Below are positions 14,633 to 24,626 of a DNA stretch of 45,367 bases, piece after piece; position 1 is the stretch's first letter; each line of letters starts with the position of its first letter. The stretch lies in the IMG/VR virus record IMGVR_UViG_3300042922_001044, positions 1 through 45,367 of that record, one strand, 5' to 3'. The translations under genes and the position numbers were made by a program. The DNA comes from a virus. Taxonomy: Duplodnaviria; Caudoviricetes. The notes below the pieces were generated by a model that saw only the letters and a list, made by a program, of their open reading frames with translations, had not been told where the DNA came from and did no database searches.

Positions 14633-14661
14633 ATTATATCCATAATCTCTCAATTTCGCAA
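14633..14661 (-). promoter_or_regulatory. Sigma-A promoter of the moron
   Basis: TTGCGA, 17 nt, TATAAT. Confidence 0.7.
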
Positions 14662-14668
14662 TATTGTC

Positions 14669-14806
14669 CTATTGTGTAATTAAATCCTCTCTGCCCTCAT
14701 CAGTTAAATAAGTATCTATTCCCTCTTTCAAGTCTGGTCTTTTACCTATCACATAGTCATAGGTGTAAACTCCATCAATTATTCTTTGTCCCATATATGC
14801 CGCCAT
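14669..14806 (-). CDS. Small post-tail-fibre phage protein (45 aa), missed by the ORF track
   Basis: RBS GGAGGTG, TAATG overlap; MAAYMGQRIIDGVYTYDYVIGKRPDLKEGIDTYL. Confidence 0.8.
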   Translation of the reverse strand: MAAYMGQRIIDGVYTYDYVIGKRPDLKEGIDTYLTDEGREDLITQ

Positions 14807-15114
14807 TAGAAACCACCTCCACTATTGAGTATTAAATCGTCGATGGCGGGTTGTATAAGTTCTATTTGCTGTCTCAATGCTTTGTTTTCCCTTATCATAA
14901 ATGTAATTGATGGTGGTGCTAATACTTGTGTAAAACTTATTAGTTCTTGTGTTTCAGCATTGATTTCCTGAATATTGATTAAGTTTAATTCCTCATCACC
15001 AACATTCAGATTTTCGCTTGTACAAACCTCGCAACCTGCTCTAGCAACTATTGGATTTTCAGCTATTCTTGCGACTGTTTTTGTTGCTATGTCATATTCG
15101 ATATATTTAATCAT
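14806..15114 (-). CDS. Tail-fibre-associated protein (possible chaperone)
   Basis: Directly after the tail fibre gene; C-terminal coiled coil. Confidence 0.6.
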   Translation of the reverse strand: MIKYIEYDIATKTVARIAENPIVARAGCEVCTSENLNVGDEELNLINIQEINAETQELISFTQVLAPPSITFMIRENKALRQQIELIQPAIDDLILNSGGGF

Positions 15115-15129
15115 AATATCACTCCTTTA

Positions 15130-16749
15130 CTATTGTACTAGAAACATACTTCCCACTGTCATTGTGTTATTCACGCCCGAATATGTTGCGTTGGAAACCC
15201 TTATCTTTAAATAGTGTAGTCCAGTGATTGCTCTTACGTCTATAACCGCACTAGTTACATGAGTGTTTTGTGTCGCAGGAGGAGTAAAAGAAGCACTTGC
15301 AGCAAAGGTTGCATTATCTGTATTCGCAAGCGAGACTCCTGCTTGTATTGTTGGAGTTGTGCCTCCAGTGCTCCCTATGTTCGCAGAAAATTGAATAGTA
15401 ATGAATTGTACATCAGTCAAATCAACAGGTGCTCCACTATAAACCGTTAAATACGCGGGTATAGCACCATGATTACCTACAACTATATTCATACCACCCG
15501 CGCTTATATTAAAGGTTAAGTCTATATCGCTTCTGTAATATAGAGCCATGCCTAATTGGTTCAAGTTGTTGTAAGCAACTATTTGACTAGGTATTTTTGC
15601 GATTAACGTTCCTACTAAACCATATAAATTTTCGCCTAGTTTAATTTTTGCAGCTTGTACAGCAGCGCTATACTCATATATTTCCTGTACCCCATCATAA
15701 TAACCTTTTGCTGGCTTATATATTACGTAGTTTGTCTGAGCTCTTGTGCCTGCCGGTGCAACTGCCCCATCAGGCATATCGCCCACAATATCGCCCGCGT
15801 CCGTAGATGCTTTTTTACCAAGGCGAAGGTCGGACGCTACTGCATCACCAGAGCCACCATCACCCTGTAATATAAAATTTGTGCCATCATACCTCAATGT
15901 ATAGACTCCATTAAGTCTAAGCTTTCCTGAAGTAAGAGCATTACCCTTACTATCAAGTATGGTTTTTGCATCTTTAGCATTTACGTTAAGAGTTGATGCT
16001 CCAGTATTAGCAACATTTACCTTTATACATACCGCCATTCCTGCAACATAAGCTGTAATTGCTGGATTTAAAGTTATAGCATATGTATTTGCTGTTCCTG
16101 TTGTAACTGCATAAGGTACTTGTAACGTGTAATCAGCCGTATGCGTAGTAAGCGCATTTCTTATTTCATTTATGGCTGCCACAATATTTGTCTTTACTGT
16201 AGTAGCAAGATCAGTTAATGTTCCTATTAAACCGCTAGCAAAAGTATTAGCACTATCCTCTGCTTCATCTGCTTTTGACTGGGCTCCTGCAGGAGTTTCA
16301 AAGATTAATGACTGTTCTATAGTAGCCGTCACATTTGCTGCATTCCCAACAATTGAAATAATGTCAATTGACTTCTCCAATACGTCAGGGCCACCATCAG
16401 CTGGGATGTACTCTGCATTTACTCCTGAGTTTCCATAGCAATAAAGTATTTCCCCTATATCAGGATCCTGCGCAAATAATCCAAGTTCTCTCCAGTAAAA
16501 TCCTGACGCTAGCCCTTGATTTGAAAGCACTCCACCAACAGCTGCTTTGCCGCCTGTGAGTGATTTTAATTTTGTTATGTTAAGGGTTTTAACCTCATGC
16601 TTCAAAGCATTCAACTCTAATATTGAGCTTCCTGCGAGCTCACCATCTCCCACACCAATACGGGTGAAATTCAGTTGAGCTCCAGCTTGGGCTTTAGCTT
16701 GCAAATTTCTACCTTTAGTAGTTAATACCAATCCACCAAAAGCGCTCAT
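15130..16749 (-). CDS. Tail fibre / receptor-binding protein
   Basis: N-terminal tail-collar domain (LTTKGRNLQAKAQAG...FYWRELGLFAQDPD...LYCY); TTVKTNIVAAINE repeat; variable C-terminus. Confidence 0.88.
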   Translation of the reverse strand: MSAFGGLVLTTKGRNLQAKAQAGAQLNFTRIGVGDGELAGSSILELNALKHEVKTLNITKLKSLTGGKAAVGGVLSNQGLASGFYWRELGLFAQDPDIGEILYCYGNSGVNAEYIPADGGPDVLEKSIDIISIVGNAANVTATIEQSLIFETPAGAQSKADEAEDSANTFASGLIGTLTDLATTVKTNIVAAINEIRNALTTHTADYTLQVPYAVTTGTANTYAITLNPAITAYVAGMAVCIKVNVANTGASTLNVNAKDAKTILDSKGNALTSGKLRLNGVYTLRYDGTNFILQGDGGSGDAVASDLRLGKKASTDAGDIVGDMPDGAVAPAGTRAQTNYVIYKPAKGYYDGVQEIYEYSAAVQAAKIKLGENLYGLVGTLIAKIPSQIVAYNNLNQLGMALYYRSDIDLTFNISAGGMNIVVGNHGAIPAYLTVYSGAPVDLTDVQFITIQFSANIGSTGGTTPTIQAGVSLANTDNATFAASASFTPPATQNTHVTSAVIDVRAITGLHYLKIRVSNATYSGVNNTMTVGSMFLVQ

Positions 16750-17310
16750 CTATACCACCTGCCTTATTTCTAAAAAATCGCCAGTATGAACCACACCGGC
16801 GTAATATAAATTCATTTCTCCGGATAGAGCAATTACTATTTCTTCTAAGTGAGCTGAGTTTCTTTTAACTGCATTTAATACCTGAATAAACTGTTCAGCA
16901 AGCTCACCTGTTACTGAGGAGTTTGTTGTAATAACCTTGAACATAAAAGGCTCTCCGCCGTATTCATACCATTCTTGAGTGTAACCATCTCCGAAATATA
17001 TCTTAATTACTTCTTCAACTGCAAAAGGAGTGCCTAAGCATGCCTTAATAATTGGAGCTGTCTTTACCAGCTGTCTTTTGATTTCTATATCAGCCTTGGC
17101 ATCATACCAGTCAATTTTCTTTTGCCATGCCAGCTCATCAAGTATCATTTCAGGAAGAGAGTCAATCCTCGAATATAATAATGTCAGTTTTGACTCCTGA
17201 GCTATTTGCTGAAACTGTGGAGTTAATGCAGCACACAAAGCCATCGTAGTTGGGTCCTGCTTCATATAGTTGGTTTGAAGGCTTAACAAATTAACATCTT
17301 CAAGTTTCAT
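16750..17310 (-). CDS. P2 gpI-like baseplate/tail protein
   Basis: LDELAWQ..IDWYD...GTPFAVE...EWYEYGGEPFMF. Confidence 0.88.
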   Translation of the reverse strand: MKLEDVNLLSLQTNYMKQDPTTMALCAALTPQFQQIAQESKLTLLYSRIDSLPEMILDELAWQKKIDWYDAKADIEIKRQLVKTAPIIKACLGTPFAVEEVIKIYFGDGYTQEWYEYGGEPFMFKVITTNSSVTGELAEQFIQVLNAVKRNSAHLEEIVIALSGEMNLYYAGVVHTGDFLEIRQVV

Positions 17311-17311
17311 A

Positions 17312-18412
17312 TTATATCAAACCTCCATATGTTATTGTTACAGTTCCCTCTTTGCCCACATGATCCTCTGCTACAGGCGTATATACAGGGCTAGTTATAT
17401 CAATTTTGTACGCACCGGCTTTTAACATCAATTGTTTTAAGTCGTCAGGATTTATAGCTCTATTCATCTTTGATTTCTGCCATAGGATGTATTGGTCTAT
17501 TGCTCCGCCATCATCCTCTACAGCCGCCACTATAGCACTTTCCTCAATCTTTCTTTCATTTGAAATGTAATACGTCAACTGTATGTTATAAGTATCTTGT
17601 ATTGCTGCAGTTGTTTGGACTAAATCAGTCTGTGGTCTTCTATTTTTAGGAGTCAACGCTGCTTGAACTGCATCAAGCACAGACTGTGATGGAAGCTCGC
17701 CATTTTTCATGAGTATGCTTACTTTAGTTACTCCCGGTGCTGGTGAAGTAACTTTGACATCAGCAATGTTAGCGTCTGCTGTCTTTGCCCAATACTCATA
17801 GCCACCAGTAGGTCCCGCAGTGGAGATACTATCAGGAGCCAGTCTAATTCTCTCTCTATAACTTTCATCATCTTCAATATCGGCACCACCGCTGCTTGTC
17901 TCAGTATTTGTAACTGAAGCAACAAAGGCTGTAAGGTCTACAATTTTATTTATTTGATCTGGTGCAAAGCCATTATATAAAGCACCTGTCTCAGTGGCTT
18001 CTGCCGATACAATGCCAAAAGTTTGCCCTGCAGGTATAACTAGATCTTCAATAGTTGCGAAGAATAAAGCTCCATCAGGTGTTGCTCTTTTGCCTTTCGC
18101 TACTGTCACTGCAATTGCTTGAGCCGCTGATAATGTCCATTTCAACTTTGTCTTTGAATACTTGTCAGGAAGTCTAGTTGTTGCTCCACCAACTGCATCT
18201 AAGTATTCATCTTTGGCATATCTCAAAAGGTTGAGTTTACCTGTTTCATTAATTTCATTCTTTGCACCAACAATTACAGGCAGAAAATTTAAAAGAAACA
18301 TTCTCCGTTCATCTCCCGGATACAATGTTTCTTCTATAGATTGCTCAAATGCTTTTATGAGCTCATTTTCAGTCGCTTTTGCATCAATAATAACAAATTG
18401 GATCTCACTCAT
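17312..18412 (-). CDS. Baseplate J protein
   Basis: GGADIEDDESYRERIRLAPDSISTAGPTGGYEYWA. Confidence 0.92.
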   Translation of the reverse strand: MSEIQFVIIDAKATENELIKAFEQSIEETLYPGDERRMFLLNFLPVIVGAKNEINETGKLNLLRYAKDEYLDAVGGATTRLPDKYSKTKLKWTLSAAQAIAVTVAKGKRATPDGALFFATIEDLVIPAGQTFGIVSAEATETGALYNGFAPDQINKIVDLTAFVASVTNTETSSGGADIEDDESYRERIRLAPDSISTAGPTGGYEYWAKTADANIADVKVTSPAPGVTKVSILMKNGELPSQSVLDAVQAALTPKNRRPQTDLVQTTAAIQDTYNIQLTYYISNERKIEESAIVAAVEDDGGAIDQYILWQKSKMNRAINPDDLKQLMLKAGAYKIDITSPVYTPVAEDHVGKEGTVTITYGGLI

Positions 18413-18714
18413 ACTTCAATCACCACCTTACATTGGATATTCCCATCACTGTCTATGCTGATTTTGTTGACTTGCTTTACTGCTGCTCTTGGCTCATGAT
18501 CTGCAACTACTCTAAAAACTTCAGCCGCATATAAGTCAGCTGCCACATCTCCAGGCTTATCCAAGAGAGCAGGGTCTATCCCTTGAACTCTCGCATAAGC
18601 GACTTCATATCTCCAAGTGTTGATAAGATTAATTACATTCTGTATTATTCTAGCCTTGCCTTTAGCTATCCAATTTATCTGTAACGGTTGTGATGTGTCA
18701 ATTTCATAAGTCAT
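18409..18714 (-). CDS. gpW/gp25-like baseplate wedge protein
   Basis: IIQNVINLINTWRYEVAYARVQG...HEPRA; synteny. Confidence 0.8.
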   Translation of the reverse strand: MTYEIDTSQPLQINWIAKGKARIIQNVINLINTWRYEVAYARVQGIDPALLDKPGDVAADLYAAEVFRVVADHEPRAAVKQVNKISIDSDGNIQCKVVIEV

Positions 18715-18719
18715 TCTTA

Positions 18720-19262
18720 TCACCCAACCTCATATAGTTTTTCATTTTTACGCTTTAGATACGCTTTTTCTGATGGGCTCAACATTGTAACTTCGCCACT
18801 TATCGGTGGAAGGCTAAACCCCGGAGCAGATGAGTTCTGCGCTGTTGTTTTCTTAGCTGCCGTACCTGGACGAACATATTCTTCCAAGCTTACTGTTATC
18901 TCTGCATACAACATATTACCTTTGTTATCAATTATCTCTTCAGAAGCTTGTATATTTAAAATACGCCACTTGTTCCCTCCAAGAGGTCTACCGCCAAGTA
19001 TAAAGGGATGGGCAATTTTTGAATCCTTCATATTCTCCCATTCATCTATTTCTCTACGGGGATTAATCCCATGCTCTACGTTAAGCTTAATTTTAAAGCC
19101 TATAGTATTAAGTCCAGGACCCTTATCATATGTAGATGGCTTTTTCCCTATAGCTTCTTGTTTTTCAGTCTCAAAGCTGGAGCCATACTGAAAATCTTCA
19201 AAGGTGTGAATTTTATTCTGAGTCACATCAAATACTTTGCTGCCAAATACAGCAATTGACAC
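18720..19262 (-). CDS. P2 gpU-like tail protein
   Basis: GKKPSTYDKGPGL...GINPRREI...VSLEEY; synteny. Confidence 0.8.
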   Translation of the reverse strand: MSIAVFGSKVFDVTQNKIHTFEDFQYGSSFETEKQEAIGKKPSTYDKGPGLNTIGFKIKLNVEHGINPRREIDEWENMKDSKIAHPFILGGRPLGGNKWRILNIQASEEIIDNKGNMLYAEITVSLEEYVRPGTAAKKTTAQNSSAPGFSLPPISGEVTMLSPSEKAYLKRKNEKLYEVG

Positions 19263-19275
19263 TTTAATCACCTAC

Positions 19276-19470
19276 CTAACATTTTGCTATTATTAATCCA
19301 TCCTGCATATTATCTGAGAAAAAAGTTACAGCAACTTCATCGCCAGGGAGCAATTCTCCGATATGCGTGGCTATCTTTATCGCTGTTGATACGACATTCT
19401 CTAGGGTAGAGAATGTCACTCTAGCTTTGTCTAATTCCACACTGGAGACTTTACCTTTATATATCATCAA
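19276..19470 (-). CDS. Short gpV-like baseplate spike (OB-fold) protein
   Basis: GKVSSV...KARVTF...PGDEVAVTF...DGLII; synteny. Confidence 0.7.
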   Translation of the reverse strand: MMIYKGKVSSVELDKARVTFSTLENVVSTAIKIATHIGELLPGDEVAVTFFSDNMQDGLIIAKC

Positions 19471-20381
19471 TATCCCTCCAATGGCTTATGTAGTTTACTA
19501 AGAGTTGTCTTCCTTTCTTTAAGCCTATGAATTACTTGGTCACAGAAATATTTATTATCTAAAGCACCTATTCCAAATATATCAATTGTATTTCCTGCAG
19601 CTATTCCTGGTTCATACGCTATAGTACAAAAGCCTGCCTGCTCAAACTTATTTGTTGAACGCAACAAGCCTCTAGTATATCTCTCTGCTTCACCTATGCT
19701 ACTTAAATACATATTTCTAATCTTTAATGTTGGACCATTTACTCCCGATGGTACAAACTTTTTTTTAATTTCGCCGTAGTTCATTTCACAGCTTCCATAA
19801 ATTCCTGTTGATTTTAATTTGAAACGATACCGCCCATCGATGTCACTCAAATCAATTCGCTTAATTGGAGCTAAACTTTCCATATATCGCTCATCATATA
19901 TAACAACATTATTATCTGTTATTTTAAGCATATATCCTTCGAGCATGCACCGATAAGCTAAGAACTCAAAGTCCGCGGTCTCAAACTGATTTACACGCAA
20001 GTAATTATGATTTTTAACATTGTATGTTTTCAAGCCGTATCCATATTTATCTGCAATGTCTTTAGCAAAATCGATAAATGAAATATTATCCCATCCACGG
20101 ATCCTGTCTGTCTTTGCCTCTTGTTTTATAGAAAGAGCCTTTATAATAAATAAGCCTCTCTCCTGTTCTAACTCATCTATATACATATCTCCAGAAGAAA
20201 GGCCCTCTTCTATTATCTTAACTTTACGGTCTTTAGCTGGTTTCCATTTACTCCATAACCCATCAGGATCGTTAAAGTGCAGCTCTATGCTGTCTGCAAT
20301 CCCACCAGCATTATCTATTATATCCGCCTTTCGAATGTCTACGTATGGGGCTATGTCTTTATCTTCATATATCAGTTGCAT
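19467..20381 (-). CDS. P2 gpD-like baseplate hub protein
   Basis: DNAGGIADSIEL...NQFETADFEFL...AAGNTIDI; synteny. Confidence 0.85.
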   Translation of the reverse strand: MQLIYEDKDIAPYVDIRKADIIDNAGGIADSIELHFNDPDGLWSKWKPAKDRKVKIIEEGLSSGDMYIDELEQERGLFIIKALSIKQEAKTDRIRGWDNISFIDFAKDIADKYGYGLKTYNVKNHNYLRVNQFETADFEFLAYRCMLEGYMLKITDNNVVIYDERYMESLAPIKRIDLSDIDGRYRFKLKSTGIYGSCEMNYGEIKKKFVPSGVNGPTLKIRNMYLSSIGEAERYTRGLLRSTNKFEQAGFCTIAYEPGIAAGNTIDIFGIGALDNKYFCDQVIHRLKERKTTLSKLHKPLEGY

Positions 20382-20387
20382 TTGTTA

Positions 20388-20600
20388 TCACCTCTTCCAC
20401 GGCGGTAGAGTCTCAATCGCTTCCTGCTCTATTATGGGGATTTTGATTTGTTCACCACCGGAGAATACCAGAACGTGAGCATATTGCGGGTTTGCTTGAA
20501 TAAGACGAGATGCTTGATATTCATCGTTGTAAGCATCTAAGGCGATAATATCAAATGTATCTCCGGTCAAAGTGGTGTAATTTAAATATTTATCAAGCAT
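20388..20600 (-). CDS. Tail protein X (LysM-like)
   Basis: YTTLTGDTFDIIALDAYNDE...LIQANP...LPPWKR; start moved to 20600. Confidence 0.88.
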   Translation of the reverse strand: MLDKYLNYTTLTGDTFDIIALDAYNDEYQASRLIQANPQYAHVLVFSGGEQIKIPIIEQEAIETLPPWKR

Positions 20601-22152
20601 ATGACACCCTCGCTTTCTCTTCGAAAATGTCTTCAACCATCTGGCGAAGCTCTGATTTATGTTGTTGCAGCACGGGTTCAATTTCTGATCTATTTGCTCC
20701 AATGATTGTAGGATGATAATCTATTGAAAGCCCACTGCCGCCGACTGAGACGCCCAATGCCTTTGCGGTTTGATCAAGTAAGCCGAAGCTCCTTTGTGAC
20801 TTAACCAACGGAATATTCATTTCATCATATGGACCTTCACCAGTAATTGAAGGTTTTGTTGCAATACCGCCATAAGCAAACTTTTTCTTGATGTTTAATG
20901 CTTGACCGGCATTCTTATCAATTCCCATGCCTCCTGTTATTCCGCTACCTACCATAGTAGGAGTTCCAATTTTAAGCTTTCCTAGTTTTTCAAATACCCA
21001 ATTCAAACTATCTAATATAAAAGTTAAGAGGGTAGCAAGCCCTTCCAACAGTGGCATTGCAACTTGCAACGCTCCTACTAGTACAGCTCCTAGTACTCTT
21101 GCTATTGTAGCTATTACAGGTACAAGGGGTTTCATTACTCTCCCTATCAATGTAACAATATCTCCAAGTGGTGGAAGCAAAGACATTACTAACTCACCTA
21201 TAACTGGAAGTAAAGGTTGAATGGCAGAAGATACTATTGACACTGCATCGCTAAGTATAGGAAATGCCTTTTCACCTATTTTACTTAATAAAGGCAATAG
21301 TTTTATAAAACCATCTATCATGCCTCCTGCCATATCTGCTGCCATTGGCGCTAGTTTAGGCATCTTAAGAGCAAGTTTATCCAGCAAAGGCAAAAGCTTC
21401 GGTATAAAAGCTCCTACTGCTTGATTTCCAATCCCTTTGGCAGCCATTATCACTTTATCCAGCGTATCACCAAAGTTATCCAAGGCTTCAACTTTGTCAC
21501 TACCTAAAACAATTCCTAGCCGGTCTGCTTCCGAGGCTAACCTCTCAATTTCACCTGAGCCAGCATTCAAAATTGGAAACAGATCAGAAGCTCCTTTACC
21601 AAATAACTGGAACGCTAATCCATTTCTATATGATTCATCTTTAATTTTAGATAGCTGCAGTAATGTTTCTTTGAAAACTTGTGATTGAGGTTTCATTTTA
21701 CCTGTTGCTGTATCTTTAATAGTTATCCCTAGAGTCTTAAATGCACGTTGTGCTTCTTTACTACCCTTTGTGGCAGCAAACATTTGCTTTGTCATAGCGC
21801 TAACTGCAGTTGGGATAGCTTCGAAGTTTGCACCTAATTGACCTGATACATATTGCAACCGTTGAAGTTCTTCTGCCGTCAATCCAGTTTTGTGTCGCAT
21901 TTTTATTATATTGTCAGCTGCTTCAGATGCTTTTACTGCGAGTGTACTTAATGCTGCAGCTCCTACTGCTGCTCCGGCTATAGCTGCTGTACCTATTGCC
22001 TTCATACTTTTAACTGCAATACCACCAAGCTTAGTAAATTTACTTGATGTCTTAGCAGTTTGTCCTGATGCCTTGGTCATGGCAGCTTGGAGTGAAGGGT
22101 CTATTTTACCTGCTATCGTAATCAATGCGCGAAGTTCTTTGTTACTTGCCAC
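20593..22152 (-). CDS. Tape measure protein (519 aa)
   Basis: Ala/Gly/Leu-rich helical repeats; follows the tail chaperone. Confidence 0.88.
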   Translation of the reverse strand: MASNKELRALITIAGKIDPSLQAAMTKASGQTAKTSSKFTKLGGIAVKSMKAIGTAAIAGAAVGAAALSTLAVKASEAADNIIKMRHKTGLTAEELQRLQYVSGQLGANFEAIPTAVSAMTKQMFAATKGSKEAQRAFKTLGITIKDTATGKMKPQSQVFKETLLQLSKIKDESYRNGLAFQLFGKGASDLFPILNAGSGEIERLASEADRLGIVLGSDKVEALDNFGDTLDKVIMAAKGIGNQAVGAFIPKLLPLLDKLALKMPKLAPMAADMAGGMIDGFIKLLPLLSKIGEKAFPILSDAVSIVSSAIQPLLPVIGELVMSLLPPLGDIVTLIGRVMKPLVPVIATIARVLGAVLVGALQVAMPLLEGLATLLTFILDSLNWVFEKLGKLKIGTPTMVGSGITGGMGIDKNAGQALNIKKKFAYGGIATKPSITGEGPYDEMNIPLVKSQRSFGLLDQTAKALGVSVGGSGLSIDYHPTIIGANRSEIEPVLQQHKSELRQMVEDIFEEKARVSYA

Positions 22153-22336
22153 TGGAGTTCACCTCCTCTCTTAAAAGATTAATCTCATTTATGAGAATCT
22201 TAAAATGCTCTATGAATTCCACAAGTGGCATGTTATAGCATTCAGTTGCCGATGTTGAAGATAGAATTGAGGTTCTTGCAATAGCCCTTTTAATATAATT
22301 ATCTGAGACTATTCCTCCGAACCTAGATAGAAAAAA
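22142..22336 (-). CDS. -1 frameshift extension of the tail assembly chaperone (gpGT / E+E'-like)
   Basis: Slippery T TTT TTC at 22336-22330; the -1 frame stays open to TAA at 22142 (FLSRFGGIVSDNYIKRAIART...MPLVEFIEHF...SSGK). Confidence 0.8.
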   Translation of the reverse strand, partial: FFLSRFGGIVSDNYIKRAIARTSILSSTSATECYNMPLVEFIEHFKILINEINLLREEVNSSGK

Positions 22337-22617
22337 TCTCTTGCTTTATCTCCAGCTCTTTGTGAATCCTTTGCGCTAATTCTTAAAACATCAGAAACGT
22401 CTATCTTATCATCTGCTTTATGTACTGCAGCTGCGAATAAGTATATATGTAAATTGGAATCCAACTCCTCAGCTGTTGACATTGGTACTCCATCAGCCAT
22501 CATATTTTTACCAGCATTGATTTTGTCTCTAGCTGTCATATTTTCAAAGTCATAAGGAAGTTCAGTTACTTCTTTACCATCAATTTTTATAGGCTTTTTA
22601 AGAACTAATTTTTCCAT
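22309..22617 (-). CDS. Tail assembly chaperone
   Basis: LKKPIKIDGKEVTELPYDFENMT; between the tube and tape measure genes. Confidence 0.85.
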   Translation of the reverse strand: MEKLVLKKPIKIDGKEVTELPYDFENMTARDKINAGKNMMADGVPMSTAEELDSNLHIYLFAAAVHKADDKIDVSDVLRISAKDSQRAGDKARDFFYLGSEE

Positions 22618-22648
22618 GTTTTTTCCCTCCTAAAAAAGTAGCAGCCCT

Positions 22649-23158
22649 CTATCCGAGGACTGCTCTTATTTGTGCCATATAGTCTATACCATTAATTTTG
22701 TAGATATAATTTAGCTTATCAATTAACAGCGTTTCTTCGCCATTAATTACTTGCCTATATCTTAATACTTCAAAGTCTATACTGCCATCCATCGTTGTTG
22801 AACCTTCAACCTTGCCCGGGTCATACTTCTTATTTCTACCTGTGATAAATATCTTAGTGCCTTGTGGCACTGTCTGTCCGTCAGAAGTTATTATATCTCT
22901 TGCAAATCTTAGTTCAAGATTTTGTATTCCAGGCTTTGCAAGGTTTGATGCTTTCTTGTTAATACCTCTCTGGCTAATTGAAAAAACCATACTATTTACT
23001 TGACCAGTTACAGGCATATCTATTGCACCAAGGATGCCTGCGCCTTTTATTTCACCTGATTGAGTTTCTATTGAAGGCAATTGGCAAGATACATTGTCAT
23101 CAATATCAATGTTATCTGCTAAAAACTTATGAGCTATTACATTTCCTGATACAATCAT
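22649..23158 (-). CDS. Major tail tube protein (P2 FII-like)
   Basis: QLPSI...GAGILGAIDMP...LIDKLNYIYKINGIDY. Confidence 0.9.
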   Translation of the reverse strand: MIVSGNVIAHKFLADNIDIDDNVSCQLPSIETQSGEIKGAGILGAIDMPVTGQVNSMVFSISQRGINKKASNLAKPGIQNLELRFARDIITSDGQTVPQGTKIFITGRNKKYDPGKVEGSTTMDGSIDFEVLRYRQVINGEETLLIDKLNYIYKINGIDYMAQIRAVLG

Positions 23159-24609
23159 GCCTGTTCACCTCCAAATAAAGCTTCTATGCCCTTAGTAGTA
23201 TACTGCAGCTTAGCAGTAATACTCTTTCCAGGAGGAGTTATAGTAGTAGCAATATCAAAATCAAAGTCACCTTCAACCAAATCACTTGTTGGATTGCTAG
23301 TTTCATTGAAGGCTATTATGCCGTACAATAAAGCTCCTCTTGCAATAAGGTTGTCCATACGTTCTTGGTAATCATTGAGAATTGTATCGACTCTAGCTCT
23401 TGTCATTGGCTTATCAGTCATAATTCCATAACGTACTTGGAATTCGTTTAGCATGAATTGAAGCATCCTCACGCTGCAGTCAAATATATCTCTTGGATCC
23501 ATATCCTTGCCATATTCATAAGCACCTGTATGAGGTCCCCACAGCACCCATCTACCGCCCCAATAAGTTGCAGTACGAATGCCTTTAGCATTTAGATCAT
23601 TTGCTTGTGTCTGGTCAAATATGATATCAGTACCATCTGCCAAACAAATACCGGTTATATCAATAGGCTTATTTGATGGAGTCTCATATGGGATATTATC
23701 GTTAAGATAGTCAACCCACTGCATTGTAACAGTGGCCAAAGTGGACAAATGGAACTTTCTTGTTCCACTCTTAGCCATCGGCCAGCATGGAGCTTCACCA
23801 GCACCTAAATAATTGTTAGCAGTTTTCCAAGTCTTTGCTTCTTCTATGGTATCAGCATCACCGCTTGTAACTAAATTACTATTTACCCATGCAAAGAAAT
23901 GCCCATTTATCTTTTGGGATGCAGATTTTAATGCCGCATCAACCTCAGGTATATGACTCCACCCTGGAGCATCCAAAATTGTTGGTATCATATTATGTGT
24001 GACATATACCATGTCTACTGCATATATACCTGTTTTTTCTCCAGTACCTGCAGTAACTCCACCAATAACCTTTGCAGAATCAGCTGCAGCTATATTTACA
24101 ATATCAAAAGTTACTGCGACAGGAGAAACTAGCTCACCTGTAAGGTCCTTAACTAAAACTTTTTTTCCATCAGGAGTATATTCCACGCTGAAGTCAGTTC
24201 CTAATACCTTACCCGCGATAGCTGCTGTTTTCAAGATTACTTTATCATTATCAATGTATCCTTGACCGCCGACTAATGCAACATTTGCTGTCTGGTCTTC
24301 AGTCTTCATTGTATCTGGATCCAATACATTGATTAGTATTATTGGGCCAATTGGCTGAATGCTGTTCTTAAAATGTGCATATACTGGCTCACAAAGATCG
24401 AAATGAGCCCAATTACTATCATTGTAACCAACCTTTTGAGCTGCATCACCATAACTTTGTACTAATATAGGCTTATTCACCTTGCCGGTATAATCCATCA
24501 GCTGGTGAACAGGAGCCACGCCAATATAAACTGGCAATGTAGCAACACCTTTTGCTGATATAAAATCAGCCGTACCTTGCATTTCGCCAAATACACCATG
24601 TTTATACAA
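23155..24609 (-). CDS. Tail sheath protein
   Basis: YKHGV...YIGVAPV...INVLDP...APGWS...PSNKPI...LWG; TTG start. Confidence 0.92.
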   Translation of the reverse strand: MYKHGVFGEMQGTADFISAKGVATLPVYIGVAPVHQLMDYTGKVNKPILVQSYGDAAQKVGYNDSNWAHFDLCEPVYAHFKNSIQPIGPIILINVLDPDTMKTEDQTANVALVGGQGYIDNDKVILKTAAIAGKVLGTDFSVEYTPDGKKVLVKDLTGELVSPVAVTFDIVNIAAADSAKVIGGVTAGTGEKTGIYAVDMVYVTHNMIPTILDAPGWSHIPEVDAALKSASQKINGHFFAWVNSNLVTSGDADTIEEAKTWKTANNYLGAGEAPCWPMAKSGTRKFHLSTLATVTMQWVDYLNDNIPYETPSNKPIDITGICLADGTDIIFDQTQANDLNAKGIRTATYWGGRWVLWGPHTGAYEYGKDMDPRDIFDCSVRMLQFMLNEFQVRYGIMTDKPMTRARVDTILNDYQERMDNLIARGALLYGIIAFNETSNPTSDLVEGDFDFDIATTITPPGKSITAKLQYTTKGIEALFGGEQA

Positions 24610-24626
24610 ATTACTTCACCTCTCCT

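Noticed and set aside
15130-16749. Diversity-generating retroelement or invertible tail-fibre cassette
   Set aside because: No reverse transcriptase or invertase, and no template repeat noticed by eye
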